Source: a virus
Lineage: Duplodnaviria; Caudoviricetes
DNA: 39,583 nucleotides
IMG/VR virus record: IMGVR_UViG_3300021978_000180
Location: 1 to 39,583 of that record
Reading direction: 5' to 3' (one strand)
Below, piece after piece: positions 1 to 9,914 of this stretch. The notes under the pieces are model-generated. The model saw only the letters and a list, made by a program, of their open reading frames with translations. It ran no database searches and was not told where the DNA came from. Each line of letters starts with the position of its first letter. Within the stretch, counting starts at the first letter, position 1. Made by a program: the position numbers and the translations under genes.

Positions 1-2421
1 TTAAATGTTTTCTGCAAGAGTCCCCCAATCTAATTTTTCTATTTCTTTTGGGATTTCTTGAGCAATTTCTTTTGCATTTTTTGCCTGTGTATTTATAACA
101 ATCTGCTTAATAATTACCGTAACAGATTTATTTTCAGATTTGCCTATACTTTTTGAAGAAGGAAGTATACTTTGTTCTTTATTATCTTTAAAAGGTGCCG
201 TTAGGTTTCCTGCAAATTCTGAAAATAGTTTGAAAATTTCCTTTTCTTTTTCTAAAAATCCTACTTTCAGTCCTTCCAGTGTAAACAATCCTATTTCAGC
301 AAAAACTTTAGATGGTGATTGTATTCCTAAAAAGCTTTTTATCCCGCCGACTATATTTTTAGCTATATTTTTAACTGCTTCTACTGGTTTTAAAATCATA
401 GATTTTATTCCATTTAAAAGCCCTTCGATTATACTCTTACCTATATCAAATAAGTTAAATGTTTTAAGAAAGTTTCTTATAACTTCAAAAGGATGGGTAA
501 CTGAATATATAAGCTTGCTTCCAAATTTAACAACTTCTGCGATTAGATTTATTAGAACTGTAGCAAACTCGGCTATTACGGAAATGACAGATATAAGAGC
601 TTTCCCTGCAAGTATTCCCATTCTTGCAAAAACCATAAATGAACTGTTGTCAGGGTTGTATTTAAATCCAAAAACTTTTGCTATCGCTTGGAAAACCGGT
701 TCAAGAGCTCTGGCTAAATTTGAAAAAGCATCTTTTAAAGGTTTTATGACATTTGAAATATCACTGAAAGCCTCCTTGAAGCCCATCCAGAATGCTTTTA
801 TTCTATCAAGATAAAGGAAGTTATAAATTGCTTTAAATAACCCTTTGACTTTATCCCAGTTTTTATAAACAAGATAACCTGCTATAGCTATTCCTGTCAG
901 AACCGCACCTACTGGAGTGAAAACAAAGCTAATAGCAGCCATTGTTAAACTTCTTAAAGCAATTACTGATGTTTTAATGCTATTTGTTAGTGCCATAAAA
1001 GCAGCTTTTGAAAATGTAGATATTCCGGAAGATAGATTAAGTTTAGCGATAGCAACATTAAGAGAAGGAATTAATTCTTTTTTGACTATACTGCTAAGCT
1101 CTATAATTTCCAATTTTAAATTAATAAAACTTAAAATCCCTTTTGTTATTCCCATTCCAAGTAAGCCGATAGCCCCTAAAAGACCACCTATAACCAGTGT
1201 TAGAATCCCAAATGCTCCTATTGGTAAAAGAATGACGGAAGCTAAAGTTTTATGATGATTTATGAATGTAGCTATTGGTGAAAGAATAGCACTGAAAGCC
1301 TGTATCATCATATTGAGTGGTGGTAAGAATACAGATCCTATTAAAGATGCTATGTTTTTTATGTTATTCCAGAGTAGCTGGAGCTGTGCAGCTGTGGATT
1401 TTGTTAATGCTTCAAATTCTTGTTGCATAGAGCCTGCTTGAGCTCCACTTTGAACCTCTTTTAGTTTGTCTTTCAGCCTATCAAGATTGTTTACGAGGAT
1501 TTGTATTTTACCAACATGTTCAAGACCAACCCATTCTTTTAAAAGCTGTGTTTGTTTTGTTGAGTCCAGTTTTTTTACTGCATCTAATACTTTAATAAGA
1601 GCCTCTGAAGGATTTTGTTGTTTTAGCTTTAAGAATTCATCTTTAGTCATTCCAATAGCAGACAGAACATTTAAGAATCCTTTATCCATTGCTTGTGTTC
1701 TGGTTAAAAGTGTTCTGAATGAAGTTGCTGTCTCTTCTGCTGAAATACCTGCTTCTTTAATAACAGCTCCAAATACTGCTGCATATTTTGCTTCTATACC
1801 AAATGCTTTTGCTGTAGCACCAACTCTTTTCAAGATGTCAATAATATCTATTGCAGCTGCACCCATTGTATTAGAAAGGTAATTAACTGTATCTCCCACA
1901 TCTCTTAAAGCATCAATAGTTGGAATAGCAAACGCATTTTTTATTTCTCCAAAGGCTTTTCCTGCTTCTTCTGGAAGCATATCAAATGCAAATGCAGCTT
2001 TAGATACCATTTCTGTGAATTCTACAAGCTGTTCCTTGGGTATTCCCATCTGGGAAAGTGAAGCAGATAAAGCAAATATCTCGTCTGTTGCTATTGGAAT
2101 TTGAGAAGACATTTTCATAAATGCTTCTGTGTATTTGGACAATTCTTCTTCTGAAGCTCCAACAACTTTATTAAACTCATAAACTTGCTTTTCAAGCTGA
2201 ATAGCAGAGGTAACGGGCAGAGCAAAAGCTGCTGTAATACTTCCACCTACAATGGCAAGATCCTTACCAATATTTGCAAGTTTTTTTGAACTTGCATAAA
2301 GACTTTCTAATGCCTTTTGGGTTTCTTCAGAAACTTTTTCTATATGTTTTAAAGGCTTAGATAGCTTATCAATAGCTTCAAATACAATTCCTATCCTGAA
2401 TATATCATCAGCTCCAAACAT
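1..2421 (-). CDS. Phage tail tape measure protein (TP901-like)
   Basis: 806 aa, Ala-rich helical, typical core (AAFAFDM...AGKAFG, LSNTMGAAA), hydrophobic central segment. Stop codon at 1-3. Confidence 0.9.
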   Translation of the reverse strand: MFGADDIFRIGIVFEAIDKLSKPLKHIEKVSEETQKALESLYASSKKLANIGKDLAIVGGSITAAFALPVTSAIQLEKQVYEFNKVVGASEEELSKYTEAFMKMSSQIPIATDEIFALSASLSQMGIPKEQLVEFTEMVSKAAFAFDMLPEEAGKAFGEIKNAFAIPTIDALRDVGDTVNYLSNTMGAAAIDIIDILKRVGATAKAFGIEAKYAAVFGAVIKEAGISAEETATSFRTLLTRTQAMDKGFLNVLSAIGMTKDEFLKLKQQNPSEALIKVLDAVKKLDSTKQTQLLKEWVGLEHVGKIQILVNNLDRLKDKLKEVQSGAQAGSMQQEFEALTKSTAAQLQLLWNNIKNIASLIGSVFLPPLNMMIQAFSAILSPIATFINHHKTLASVILLPIGAFGILTLVIGGLLGAIGLLGMGITKGILSFINLKLEIIELSSIVKKELIPSLNVAIAKLNLSSGISTFSKAAFMALTNSIKTSVIALRSLTMAAISFVFTPVGAVLTGIAIAGYLVYKNWDKVKGLFKAIYNFLYLDRIKAFWMGFKEAFSDISNVIKPLKDAFSNLARALEPVFQAIAKVFGFKYNPDNSSFMVFARMGILAGKALISVISVIAEFATVLINLIAEVVKFGSKLIYSVTHPFEVIRNFLKTFNLFDIGKSIIEGLLNGIKSMILKPVEAVKNIAKNIVGGIKSFLGIQSPSKVFAEIGLFTLEGLKVGFLEKEKEIFKLFSEFAGNLTAPFKDNKEQSILPSSKSIGKSENKSVTVIIKQIVINTQAKNAKEIAQEIPKEIEKLDWGTLAENI

Positions 2422-2942
2422 TATAATCCTCTGATTATTTCTGGAATTTCTTTTATCACTTTAATTTTTGCGTTTCTGAGGAAATGTTTTCCTTTTATTT
2501 TTGTTTGTTTTCTAAGGGCAAATAAAGAAATAACTTTTTTCCTTTTGGATGCTTTTATCACACCATCTTCAACAAAAATGTTGTATCCTTGCTTTTTTAA
2601 AGCTTCTATAAAAGCCCTCGGAGAACCATACTTTTCTGTTTGCTTTTTTATTTTTTTGTTGACTGGAATAGCAAGAAACTTTGCATTTATAGGTCTTATA
2701 GTTGCTCCGTGTTCCTGTGCAGGTCCATATTCTACATTAGTTCCAACTGCAGACCAGTTATCTCCTATTTCTACTTTTATACTTCTTCTTAGGTGTCCTG
2801 TATCAACGGGAACCTCTTCTTTTGCATATTTTTCTGCTCGTATAGCAGTTTCTTTTAAAAATCTTTTTTCTTTTTCTTTGAATTCTTTGACTTTCCTGTC
2901 TAAAAATTTATGAAATTTATCAAAACCGAAAGTTCCTGCCAT
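2421..2942 (-). CDS. HK97 gp10-like / virion morphogenesis (neck or tail completion) protein
   Basis: Motifs PVDTGHLRRSI, VGTNVEYGPAQEHG and C-terminal KGKHFLR. Confidence 0.8.
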   Translation of the reverse strand: MAGTFGFDKFHKFLDRKVKEFKEKEKRFLKETAIRAEKYAKEEVPVDTGHLRRSIKVEIGDNWSAVGTNVEYGPAQEHGATIRPINAKFLAIPVNKKIKKQTEKYGSPRAFIEALKKQGYNIFVEDGVIKASKRKKVISLFALRKQTKIKGKHFLRNAKIKVIKEIPEIIRGL

Positions 2943-4201
2943 TATGCATTTTCCTCTTGCCAGTTATTCTCCGGATTATAATCTGTGTCTTCTGCTTCAC
3001 TTTCAACCAGTTGGGGTAAGTAATCCTCAATAATTGCTTTGGCTTGTTGCTCGTTAATTATTCCTGCTGCTACAAGTTTTGAAATGCTATCAACTACATC
3101 TTTAAGGTCTTTTTTGTAAGGCTCGGGGAATTCTACTTCTGTTTCGTAGGTGCTGAATTTATAACCTTCATTGATTTCTAAAAGTTTAAGGATGATTCTA
3201 TTCGCATCCTGAAGGGCTTGCTTCCATATAAGCTGTCTTCTTTTGGTTTTTCTGATTATTGGATGCATTTGTTCTTTTACTGAAGCAAGAGAGGAAGGAG
3301 TATGAGCTCCCAGAAGAAATTCTGGAGTTTCAGATAATATCACAATGTTATAGAAAAGTATTTCAAGGAAGTCTTTTAATTCTCCGAAGGCCCTTGAACT
3401 TTCTAAGAATTTAGCTTCACTATCTTCTGGAAGAAGTAATGCTTTGTTCATATCCCAGTTTTTTATCTGCTTTTCAGCTGCTTCTGTATCTCTTGTGATT
3501 ATAACCGGAGTTGGTGTTCCGTGATATTTAAGATTTTTTCTTGCAGCTTCCATAATGTCACTGTAAGCCTTGATTGCTTTTATTGTAGCTTCTGTTATAT
3601 CTCCGGTTCCGTATAATTCTCCTGCAAATCTATCATAGGCAATGTGAACAAGAGGAATTTCTTTTACTCTGTTAGGCTGTCTCTCGATGAGTTTATCATC
3701 TTGATAAGTTTCTATATACTCTGGAGTTAATCTTGTTGTTATTTTGGATTGAGCAATGCCCTGTAAGTCCTGATTAATTATATGTGTAATTAAAATTTCT
3801 TTGTAATCTCTTATGTCTGAAGGATTTGGGATTATGGAAACTTTACCGGGGAAGATTGTCATTATATCAATGCCGTTATTATATCCTATAAACAGGTAAG
3901 CATTCCCAAAAAGCGAAGCATCTCTGCCAGCTGACTGGAGTTCTTCCAGATTGTTATTCCAGATTTTTTGAAGTATCTCTTGAGCTTCTGAATCTTTACT
4001 TTTTACAGAAAATCCATCTGCAAAAATGAAAGATGCTGATATATTTGTTATAGCTTTTACAAAGAATTCTTCTCTATAATATTGTTTTAGTTTTTCAGGG
4101 TCAAGCTGGGAGTAATCATCTTCGGCTACTTTACTCCAGAGTGAATCAATCAGAGCTGGTACTTTTCTTAATGGAGTTTTAAATATATCAAAAAATCCCA
4201 T
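2942..4201 (-). CDS. Phage portal protein
   Basis: 419 aa; ASLFGNAY, IPLVH and SETPEFLLG patterns fit portal proteins; lies in head module. Confidence 0.75.
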   Translation of the reverse strand: MGFFDIFKTPLRKVPALIDSLWSKVAEDDYSQLDPEKLKQYYREEFFVKAITNISASFIFADGFSVKSKDSEAQEILQKIWNNNLEELQSAGRDASLFGNAYLFIGYNNGIDIMTIFPGKVSIIPNPSDIRDYKEILITHIINQDLQGIAQSKITTRLTPEYIETYQDDKLIERQPNRVKEIPLVHIAYDRFAGELYGTGDITEATIKAIKAYSDIMEAARKNLKYHGTPTPVIITRDTEAAEKQIKNWDMNKALLLPEDSEAKFLESSRAFGELKDFLEILFYNIVILSETPEFLLGAHTPSSLASVKEQMHPIIRKTKRRQLIWKQALQDANRIILKLLEINEGYKFSTYETEVEFPEPYKKDLKDVVDSISKLVAAGIINEQQAKAIIEDYLPQLVESEAEDTDYNPENNWQEENA

Positions 4202-4231
4202 AGTTCACCTTTAGAGAATGTTTTGATAAAA

Positions 4232-4274
4232 AGGTTAATTCTGAAGTGGCAGGATTATTAGGACAGGTTGGACA
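4232..4274 (-). promoter_or_regulatory. Putative activator-dependent late promoter, copy 1 (upstream of portal)
   Basis: TGTCCAACCTGTCCTAA (4274-4258), 20 nt, then TAACCT (4237-4232). Confidence 0.7.
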
Positions 4275-4275
4275 A

Positions 4276-4910
4276 TTACATTTGTATTTTTATGTGTTCG
4301 ATAAATTTTACTAAATTATCTAATTCAGAATTTACATCAAATTTATAAAAATTTGTATTTTCTTTGCACACATCTATTATAGGTTTTTCAATATAAACCT
4401 TACCTATTAAACAAGAGGGAACTTTGTTAAAAATAATCCACTTTTCTCCATTAGTGAGTATAGGATAAAAATTACAGTGCTTTTTTATTCCTTTGGAAAT
4501 TTTATGTCCTTTACAATTTTTATAAATCTTGCATTTCTGGTAAATGTAATTTCGCAGTTGACTTAACCCATCCCTATCTTTTACCTTAAGTTGGCCACTT
4601 TCTTTTTTTAATGCCCCTTACCATTTAAATCTCTTGGGAATTCGTCACTTTTTATATTTTTAACTTCAATGAAAAGCACCAACTTTTCGTTGTTATAAAC
4701 TTCTATATCTCCTTGCAACTTCTTTGAATTTCTATTTGCTCTTTTTATAATGTCTGGAGAAAAAACATCAAATCCTGCCAAACATAAGACAGGTTCAACT
4801 AAGAAAATTTGAGTATCTATTTCTGAGACGAAATCTTGATTTTTCAACTTGTTTAGGTTTTCTATTATTCTATTTTTGAGAAAACTTTTTAGGTATTTTG
4901 ATTTCTTCAT
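4276..4910 (-). pseudogene. Frameshifted HsdR-N-like PD-(D/E)XK nuclease gene
   Basis: 5' part (4910-4608) has GDIEV...FIEVK. The -1 frame (4617-4276) continues with QLRNY...ILTNGEKWIIF to a stop at 4278-4276. Confidence 0.65.
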
Positions 4911-4911
4911 T

Positions 4912-5178
4912 TTAGTGCAATTGTTTTAATTTTTCATAAAGTAAAGGCGTATTTTTTTTTGTAATGAATAATATAGATTCATAAACTCCCGGTTCTGTTA
5001 TCTGATTTTTAAATTTTTGCAGAATTTTATCGACCATTTCTATTAATTCTGGGTCTTCTGTTTCTAACGCTCTCTCCATATCGTAAATATCTACTCCAAC
5101 AAATTCATCAACATCAAAATCTAAAAGTATATATTTAAGGGCGTATTTAATATCTTCTTTATCTTTTACCTTCGCCAT
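4912..5178 (-). CDS. Small acidic protein, candidate immunity protein for the upstream MuF extension
   Basis: About 88 aa, acidic, overlaps the 3' end of the MuF gene. Confidence 0.55.
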   Translation of the reverse strand: MAKVKDKEDIKYALKYILLDFDVDEFVGVDIYDMERALETEDPELIEMVDKILQKFKNQITEPGVYESILFITKKNTPLLYEKLKQLH

Positions 5179-6502
5179 CTCCAAGCTCCATAAAGGTTTT
5201 ATTGCCTATATGTTTTTCTAATAATTTTTTTTGCTCCTGAATATAATTTAAAACTCTTTCCTTATTGGTGCTACCTTTTTTATCAACTTTAAAAAATGTT
5301 CTGATTTTAAGGGTATCTCTATCTATTATAGCTATAGTTCCTGTTTTATACTTCACAAACATATATTTACCTGTGTCTTTTAACCCTGTATCATCAAAAT
5401 AAAAAACTCTGCTTGGGTTCTGTAATGTTTCTTTTAATACATCGTAAAATTTTTCTTTGTAATAAGATTTTCTATCTTCTCTTAGATTTTCCCAATGAAC
5501 ACCTAATATATTTGGAAGATGTTTTTTCAGTTTTATTTCTTCTTTTTCAGTTTTTGTCCACTGGGGTAGTTTGCCTTTGCGAACATCTTTTAAAACCTTC
5601 CTTGTATTCTTGATATGTTTTTTCTTTTCTTTTGAAAACTGTATCTCTTTTTCTGAAACTATGGCTCTTTTACCTATCTGAGCTGGAGATATTGCACATG
5701 TGCAGTTTGGGTGTAGTGGTATATCTCCTCCTACATCAGCTTCGTATATAATCCCGCATCGTGCTTGACATTTAGGGCAGGGGGTTTTACCACAGAGCCA
5801 CTTAACTTTGTTTATTCCCATTTTTTTATAGTAATGTAGAGAACCGTAAGTATAAGCTCGTGCTGTTTCTGTTCTTGCAATTGTTAAGGCTCTGTCGTAA
5901 ACATCCCTAAATACTTCATTTGAAGGAAGAGGTGTTTTTGCAATTCTTCTTGCGATTTTATAAACAGATTCTCCTTGAAGCATACCAAGAGATATTTGTT
6001 TTTTTATTTTGCCAATTAGGTCTTTAGAAAGATTATCAGAAAAAACCATTGAATAGGCTGTCAGAAATTCAATAGCCTCTTTAGGAATTAAGAAAAAGCT
6101 TTCTTTTACCTGTAAGCTTTGAGCTGATTGTTTAAAAACTTCCTTAAATGTTTCTTTTATCTGTGATATATCTTCTTCATTTGTCTTTTCTGCTATTTCT
6201 TGAAAAGCTTCTTTTAAAGTATCCGAGATTTCTTGAAGGCTTTCTTCTGCAATCTTTTTCATTAAATCTTTTGAAGGTTTTTCAAGGATATTCTGGATAT
6301 CCTTTTCTATTTCTTTTAGTAGATTTTGGAGCCTCCAGTTTTGGTATGGTGTTTCTTCCTGATTTAGAAGTTTCTGAGATATTTCTTTTTGAACTTCTTC
6401 AAGAAGTTTTACATATTCTTTTGCATACTTATTCCCAGATTTTAAAAGTTTTTTCTTTGCCTGCCTTGCTTTTCTTTGGATTATATTTTGTATACTAGCC
6501 AT
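5159..6502 (-). CDS. Phage minor head protein (MuF / SPP1 gp7 family) with C-terminal extension, putative nuclease toxin
   Basis: IARTETARAY and CPKC...PLHPNCTC MuF signature, followed by about 170 extra basic residues. Confidence 0.85.
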   Translation of the reverse strand: MASIQNIIQRKARQAKKKLLKSGNKYAKEYVKLLEEVQKEISQKLLNQEETPYQNWRLQNLLKEIEKDIQNILEKPSKDLMKKIAEESLQEISDTLKEAFQEIAEKTNEEDISQIKETFKEVFKQSAQSLQVKESFFLIPKEAIEFLTAYSMVFSDNLSKDLIGKIKKQISLGMLQGESVYKIARRIAKTPLPSNEVFRDVYDRALTIARTETARAYTYGSLHYYKKMGINKVKWLCGKTPCPKCQARCGIIYEADVGGDIPLHPNCTCAISPAQIGKRAIVSEKEIQFSKEKKKHIKNTRKVLKDVRKGKLPQWTKTEKEEIKLKKHLPNILGVHWENLREDRKSYYKEKFYDVLKETLQNPSRVFYFDDTGLKDTGKYMFVKYKTGTIAIIDRDTLKIRTFFKVDKKGSTNKERVLNYIQEQKKLLEKHIGNKTFMELGDGEGKR

Positions 6503-6806
6503 AATACACTTTCAGGTAAGTTTTAATTGCAACTTTCTCAGTTCCTACATAGTAATCTTCAAGTTTTACAGCTATATACTGCTGATTTAAAACTGTGATA
6601 ATATCTCCAGCCTTGATACTGGTATTAAATGGAAGATAAACAGTTGCGTCGTATTCTTCAGAAAATCCAAATTCATCTGTGTTTGTAGAGGTTATTTTAG
6701 AAGTGAAATATCCATTTACAGTGGAAGTATCTGCCAGAGTTATAGGAACCTTCGGGAAAGGGAGACTGTCAAATATTTTTCTGAACAGGTCTGGTTTTAA
6801 TCCCAT
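6495..6806 (-). CDS. Putative head-closure / head-tail joining protein
   Basis: 103 aa, beta-rich (IKAGDIITV); second gene after capsid. Confidence 0.55.
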   Translation of the reverse strand: MGLKPDLFRKIFDSLPFPKVPITLADTSTVNGYFTSKITSTNTDEFGFSEEYDATVYLPFNTSIKAGDIITVLNQQYIAVKLEDYYVGTEKVAIKTYLKVYYG

Positions 6807-7120
6807 TTTGGTTCCTCTTCAGGAAGGGGAACTATCTTGACAGTTGAACCTGTTTCTTTTTTTAGCTTTTCTTTATAATCTTCAAGAAGAGTTCTTAAAG
6901 CATCCAGTCTGCTGTTTCCTTCTACTTTAAGGTCTCCTATGGAAGCTGATTGGACAGCAGAGATTTCTATTTTTATAAGCTCAATAACCAGTTTATAAAG
7001 GGCTATTTTTTCTGTGGGTTCGTTCAAAAATTCATCTGCAAGGTTTTCAGCTGTTGTCTGATCTGCAAATGGAAGTCTGATTAAAGCTTTCTGAACAAGA
7101 GCTGTTTTATCAATAGCCAT
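6797..7120 (-). CDS. Putative head-tail adaptor protein
   Basis: Helical 107 aa with SASIGDLKV motif, directly after capsid; ATG at 7120 follows GAGG. Confidence 0.55.
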   Translation of the reverse strand: MAIDKTALVQKALIRLPFADQTTAENLADEFLNEPTEKIALYKLVIELIKIEISAVQSASIGDLKVEGNSRLDALRTLLEDYKEKLKKETGSTVKIVPLPEEEPKWD

Positions 7121-7130
7121 AGGAAACCTC

Positions 7131-7152
7131 AAAGAAGAGGGCAAAGCCCTCT
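7131..7152 (-). terminator. Probable intrinsic terminator after major capsid gene
   Basis: AGAGGGC-TTT-GCCCTCT stem-loop followed by TCTTT on the minus strand, just after the capsid stop. Confidence 0.6.
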
Positions 7153-7153
7153 A

Positions 7154-8119
7154 TTATAGTGTGATCCTAATTCCGTATTTGTTAGAGAGAACTACACCAT
7201 TGTATCTTTCTGTATATGCAAGTTTTATTTCTTGTGTACCTATGTCAAAATCTCTGTCAACCTGAAGGCTTTGTCTGTGCTGGTAATACTGGTCTTTTTT
7301 AGGAATTACAAGGTCAACTGGTCCAGTAGGGTCGTAGTGAACTGTATCTATTATGTCAAAATCAAATGTAAGTCTTTCTCCTCTCTGTCCTGCTACAGTG
7401 GAGTCTTTTTTAGCCTGAATAAGTTCCGCTGCAACCTCTACTGGTGCTATAACAACTGGTTTTCTAATACTGTCTTTTTTGAGTTTTCTTAGAAGCTTAG
7501 CCCATGCGGTGTTCAGTGTTTTTATCAAAGATGTAGAATAAGCCACAGTGTCATAGTTTGTATTTTTTATAAGTGCGAACATAGCGGAAGCTTTATCAAC
7601 TACAGCTTGTTCTTTAGCTTTTCTTGTAACATCCTCAATTTTCCACCATTTGTTATCCTCAAACCAGGTTCTGAGGAGTCCTACCCCTGCTGCATAGGTA
7701 ATATTTTTAACTGTTACTGTTTTTACAGATGCAGCGTGTGTGAATTTTATACTTCCACCGGGTTTTAGTTCTTCAAATGAAATAGACTGTTGTCCAGATT
7801 CGTATGTTTCTGAGTCAGATGTAGACTCAACAGTTTTAAATATCTTCATCCATCTATCATCGTATTCAGGAACCACATCCTCATCAATATTAACTACCAC
7901 AGGTTTAGGTGGTTTCATTGCCTCTGGAGGCATCTGTGTTGCAGCTTGAAGTTTTTGCTGGAGAAGTTTTATACCCTGTTCCCTTGGAACAGGAAGACCG
8001 TCGGGACCATAAAGACCAGCCTTCATATAACTATCTACAGCATCTATAAACTGAGCCTGTAGTTTTGGGTCAGAAAGTATAGCTGCTGCTTGAACTTTAC
8101 CTTTAATTAATATTCCCAT
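7154..8119 (-). CDS. Major capsid protein
   Basis: 321 aa, strong GGAGG RBS, follows protease/scaffold and cement genes, followed by a terminator. Confidence 0.75.
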   Translation of the reverse strand: MGILIKGKVQAAAILSDPKLQAQFIDAVDSYMKAGLYGPDGLPVPREQGIKLLQQKLQAATQMPPEAMKPPKPVVVNIDEDVVPEYDDRWMKIFKTVESTSDSETYESGQQSISFEELKPGGSIKFTHAASVKTVTVKNITYAAGVGLLRTWFEDNKWWKIEDVTRKAKEQAVVDKASAMFALIKNTNYDTVAYSTSLIKTLNTAWAKLLRKLKKDSIRKPVVIAPVEVAAELIQAKKDSTVAGQRGERLTFDFDIIDTVHYDPTGPVDLVIPKKDQYYQHRQSLQVDRDFDIGTQEIKLAYTERYNGVVLSNKYGIRITL

Positions 8120-8144
8120 TTTTTATTTAACCTCCTTATTGTTT

Positions 8145-8489
8145 TTAATAAAGCTCTGGCATAAGTGTTACTAAAACGGTTGTTTCACCTGCTATCTTTT
8201 CTGCAAAAGCTTTTCCTATTTTGGGGTTGGCGGTATCAGTAGAATCGTAAGGTTTTACACCACCGTTTCCATCGTATTGGAGTAAATCTCCTGATGCTAT
8301 TGCAACAGTAGGGTCTGCTACAGGAAGTTCAAAAACACCTCTTGTCATAATTATTCCTTCTTGTCCTGCTGGAATATCTGTATAAGCAACTCCCACCCAG
8401 TTTCCAACTTTTACAAGAGAATTTGCAGCTATGTCGGAAGTTCCTGTGTTTTTAATTAAAACTCTGTCGTCTCTATCATACCTAAGCAT
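8145..8489 (-). CDS. Capsid cement/decoration protein (DUF2190-like)
   Basis: GVAYTDIPAGQEG...GVFELP...IGKA pattern; lies between protease and capsid. Confidence 0.75.
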   Translation of the reverse strand: MLRYDRDDRVLIKNTGTSDIAANSLVKVGNWVGVAYTDIPAGQEGIIMTRGVFELPVADPTVAIASGDLLQYDGNGGVKPYDSTDTANPKIGKAFAEKIAGETTVLVTLMPELY

Positions 8490-8503
8490 TTTCTATTCCT
8501 CCT

Positions 8504-9382
8504 TTAATAGGTTATAAATGGATTGTCTACTGTTTTTGTGTTGTCGTTTGGATTTGGGATAGTAAAGCCAGCCTGCATTTTTGGAAGCTTTTCTTTGAAG
8601 GTTGCTGTTAGCTTATCAACTTCTTCTTTTGTCTTTGCTACTTCAAGGCTTGCTTTTAAAAGTTCTCTTACTTCTTCAGGAACCTCAGATAGCTTTTCAG
8701 TTTTATAAGCAGATAGTTCAATCTGGAGCTTTTCAGCCTGAAGCTTCTGGATTTCCTTTTCTTTTTCCTCAAGGCTTGCTTTGAGGTTTTGGATCTCCTC
8801 ATCTTTTTGTTTGAGCTGAGACTCAAGCTCTGTGTTTTTTGCAAGTAGTTTTTTGATTTCTTCTTGCATATCTAAATCCTCCTTAGATTTTTTTGCATCT
8901 AATCTTCTGTTATTTGGCTCTGCTCCTTGTAAAACAAGGGAAAGCTCAATAGGTTCAAATTCATTGATTGTTACTACTCCGGTAGCTTCATCTACAGTGT
9001 AGTTTGTGATGTAACCACCGATAGAAACTTCTCTGATAGGGGAAGGTTTCATTTTTGCCAGTGCTACAATTTTTTCCTCTGCTTTGGGAATTCTTACATA
9101 AGCTATTAGTTCACCATTAACAACTTCAGTTTTAGCAACAACTCCTATAATGTGAGTTATACTTTCTCTGTGGTCAGCAAGCAGAGGCTTTCCTTTCAAT
9201 TTTTCTGCTGTGAGTTTTACAGCATCAGAAGTAAAACTTGCGTCTGTGGGTTCATAATTTATAAGAGGTCTAAATACGGTGTTTTCAGAAAGTGCCACAA
9301 ATGGAATTTCAATGTATTCATCTGTTTCTTTTAACTGATATTTTTGGTCAGTTTTTGCAACTAACTTTAAGTTCTTATCCAT
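8504..9382 (-). CDS. Prohead protease with C-terminal scaffold
   Basis: PLLADH, EVSIG and ELSLV protease motifs plus coiled-coil C-terminus. Confidence 0.8.
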   Translation of the reverse strand: MDKNLKLVAKTDQKYQLKETDEYIEIPFVALSENTVFRPLINYEPTDASFTSDAVKLTAEKLKGKPLLADHRESITHIIGVVAKTEVVNGELIAYVRIPKAEEKIVALAKMKPSPIREVSIGGYITNYTVDEATGVVTINEFEPIELSLVLQGAEPNNRRLDAKKSKEDLDMQEEIKKLLAKNTELESQLKQKDEEIQNLKASLEEKEKEIQKLQAEKLQIELSAYKTEKLSEVPEEVRELLKASLEVAKTKEEVDKLTATFKEKLPKMQAGFTIPNPNDNTKTVDNPFITY

Positions 9383-9410
9383 CTTACACCTTTAAGTGGT
9401 TTTGATAAAA

Positions 9411-9453
9411 AAGATAGAATGTGAAGATATAAAAAGTTAGGACAGGTTGGACA
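9411..9453 (-). promoter_or_regulatory. Putative late promoter, copy 2 (upstream of protease-capsid module)
   Basis: 17-bp motif (9453-9437), 20 nt, then TATCTT (9416-9411). Confidence 0.7.
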
Positions 9454-9463
9454 GTTTGTAATA

Positions 9464-9823
9464 TCAGTAGTAAAGGCTTACAAGTTTAACTACTTCTTCA
9501 AAGGGAATTCTTTTATTTTTGTCTTCCAATGTTAAAATCTGACCTTCCATTATTCTATGGTGAATAGTTGAACGGGAGATTCCAGTTATTTTGGAAACTT
9601 CTCTAATAGAGTAAGAAGCTTTTACTTCGCCTAATTTTTCAATACTTTTTTGTTTTATCCAGCTTTCATAATCTATGATTACTCGTCTTTGGAGATTTAA
9701 TTTTTCTTTCAATTTTCTGTTTATTTTTGCCAATTCTTCATTTAACTGTTGTTTTTTTCTTATTAAATCCCATATTTCTTCCTGTATTAAACTCCCTTCC
9801 CTTACAGGAATTTTTACCCCCAT
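9464..9823 (-). CDS. Coiled-coil plus C-terminal excisionase-like HTH protein; candidate late activator
   Basis: YSIREVSKITGISRSTIHHRIMEGQI...RIP resembles HTH_17/Xis-type winged HTH. Confidence 0.6.
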   Translation of the reverse strand: MGVKIPVREGSLIQEEIWDLIRKKQQLNEELAKINRKLKEKLNLQRRVIIDYESWIKQKSIEKLGEVKASYSIREVSKITGISRSTIHHRIMEGQILTLEDKNKRIPFEEVVKLVSLYY

Positions 9824-9857
9824 AATTTATAACCTCTGACAATATCAGCTTTTTCAA

Positions 9858-9886
9858 AATCTACAATTTTTGATTTTTGTTATCAA
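9858..9886 (-). promoter_or_regulatory. Sigma70-like promoter upstream of the HTH gene
   Basis: TTGATA-N17-TAGATT on the minus strand. Confidence 0.45.
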
Positions 9887-9914
9887 GTTAGGGAGAAATT
9901 GATGTGGTTGAGCA

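Noticed and set aside
140-2913. Long plus-strand ORFs opposite the tape measure and gp10-like genes
   Set aside because: Antisense shadows of well-supported genes with no RBS or motifs.
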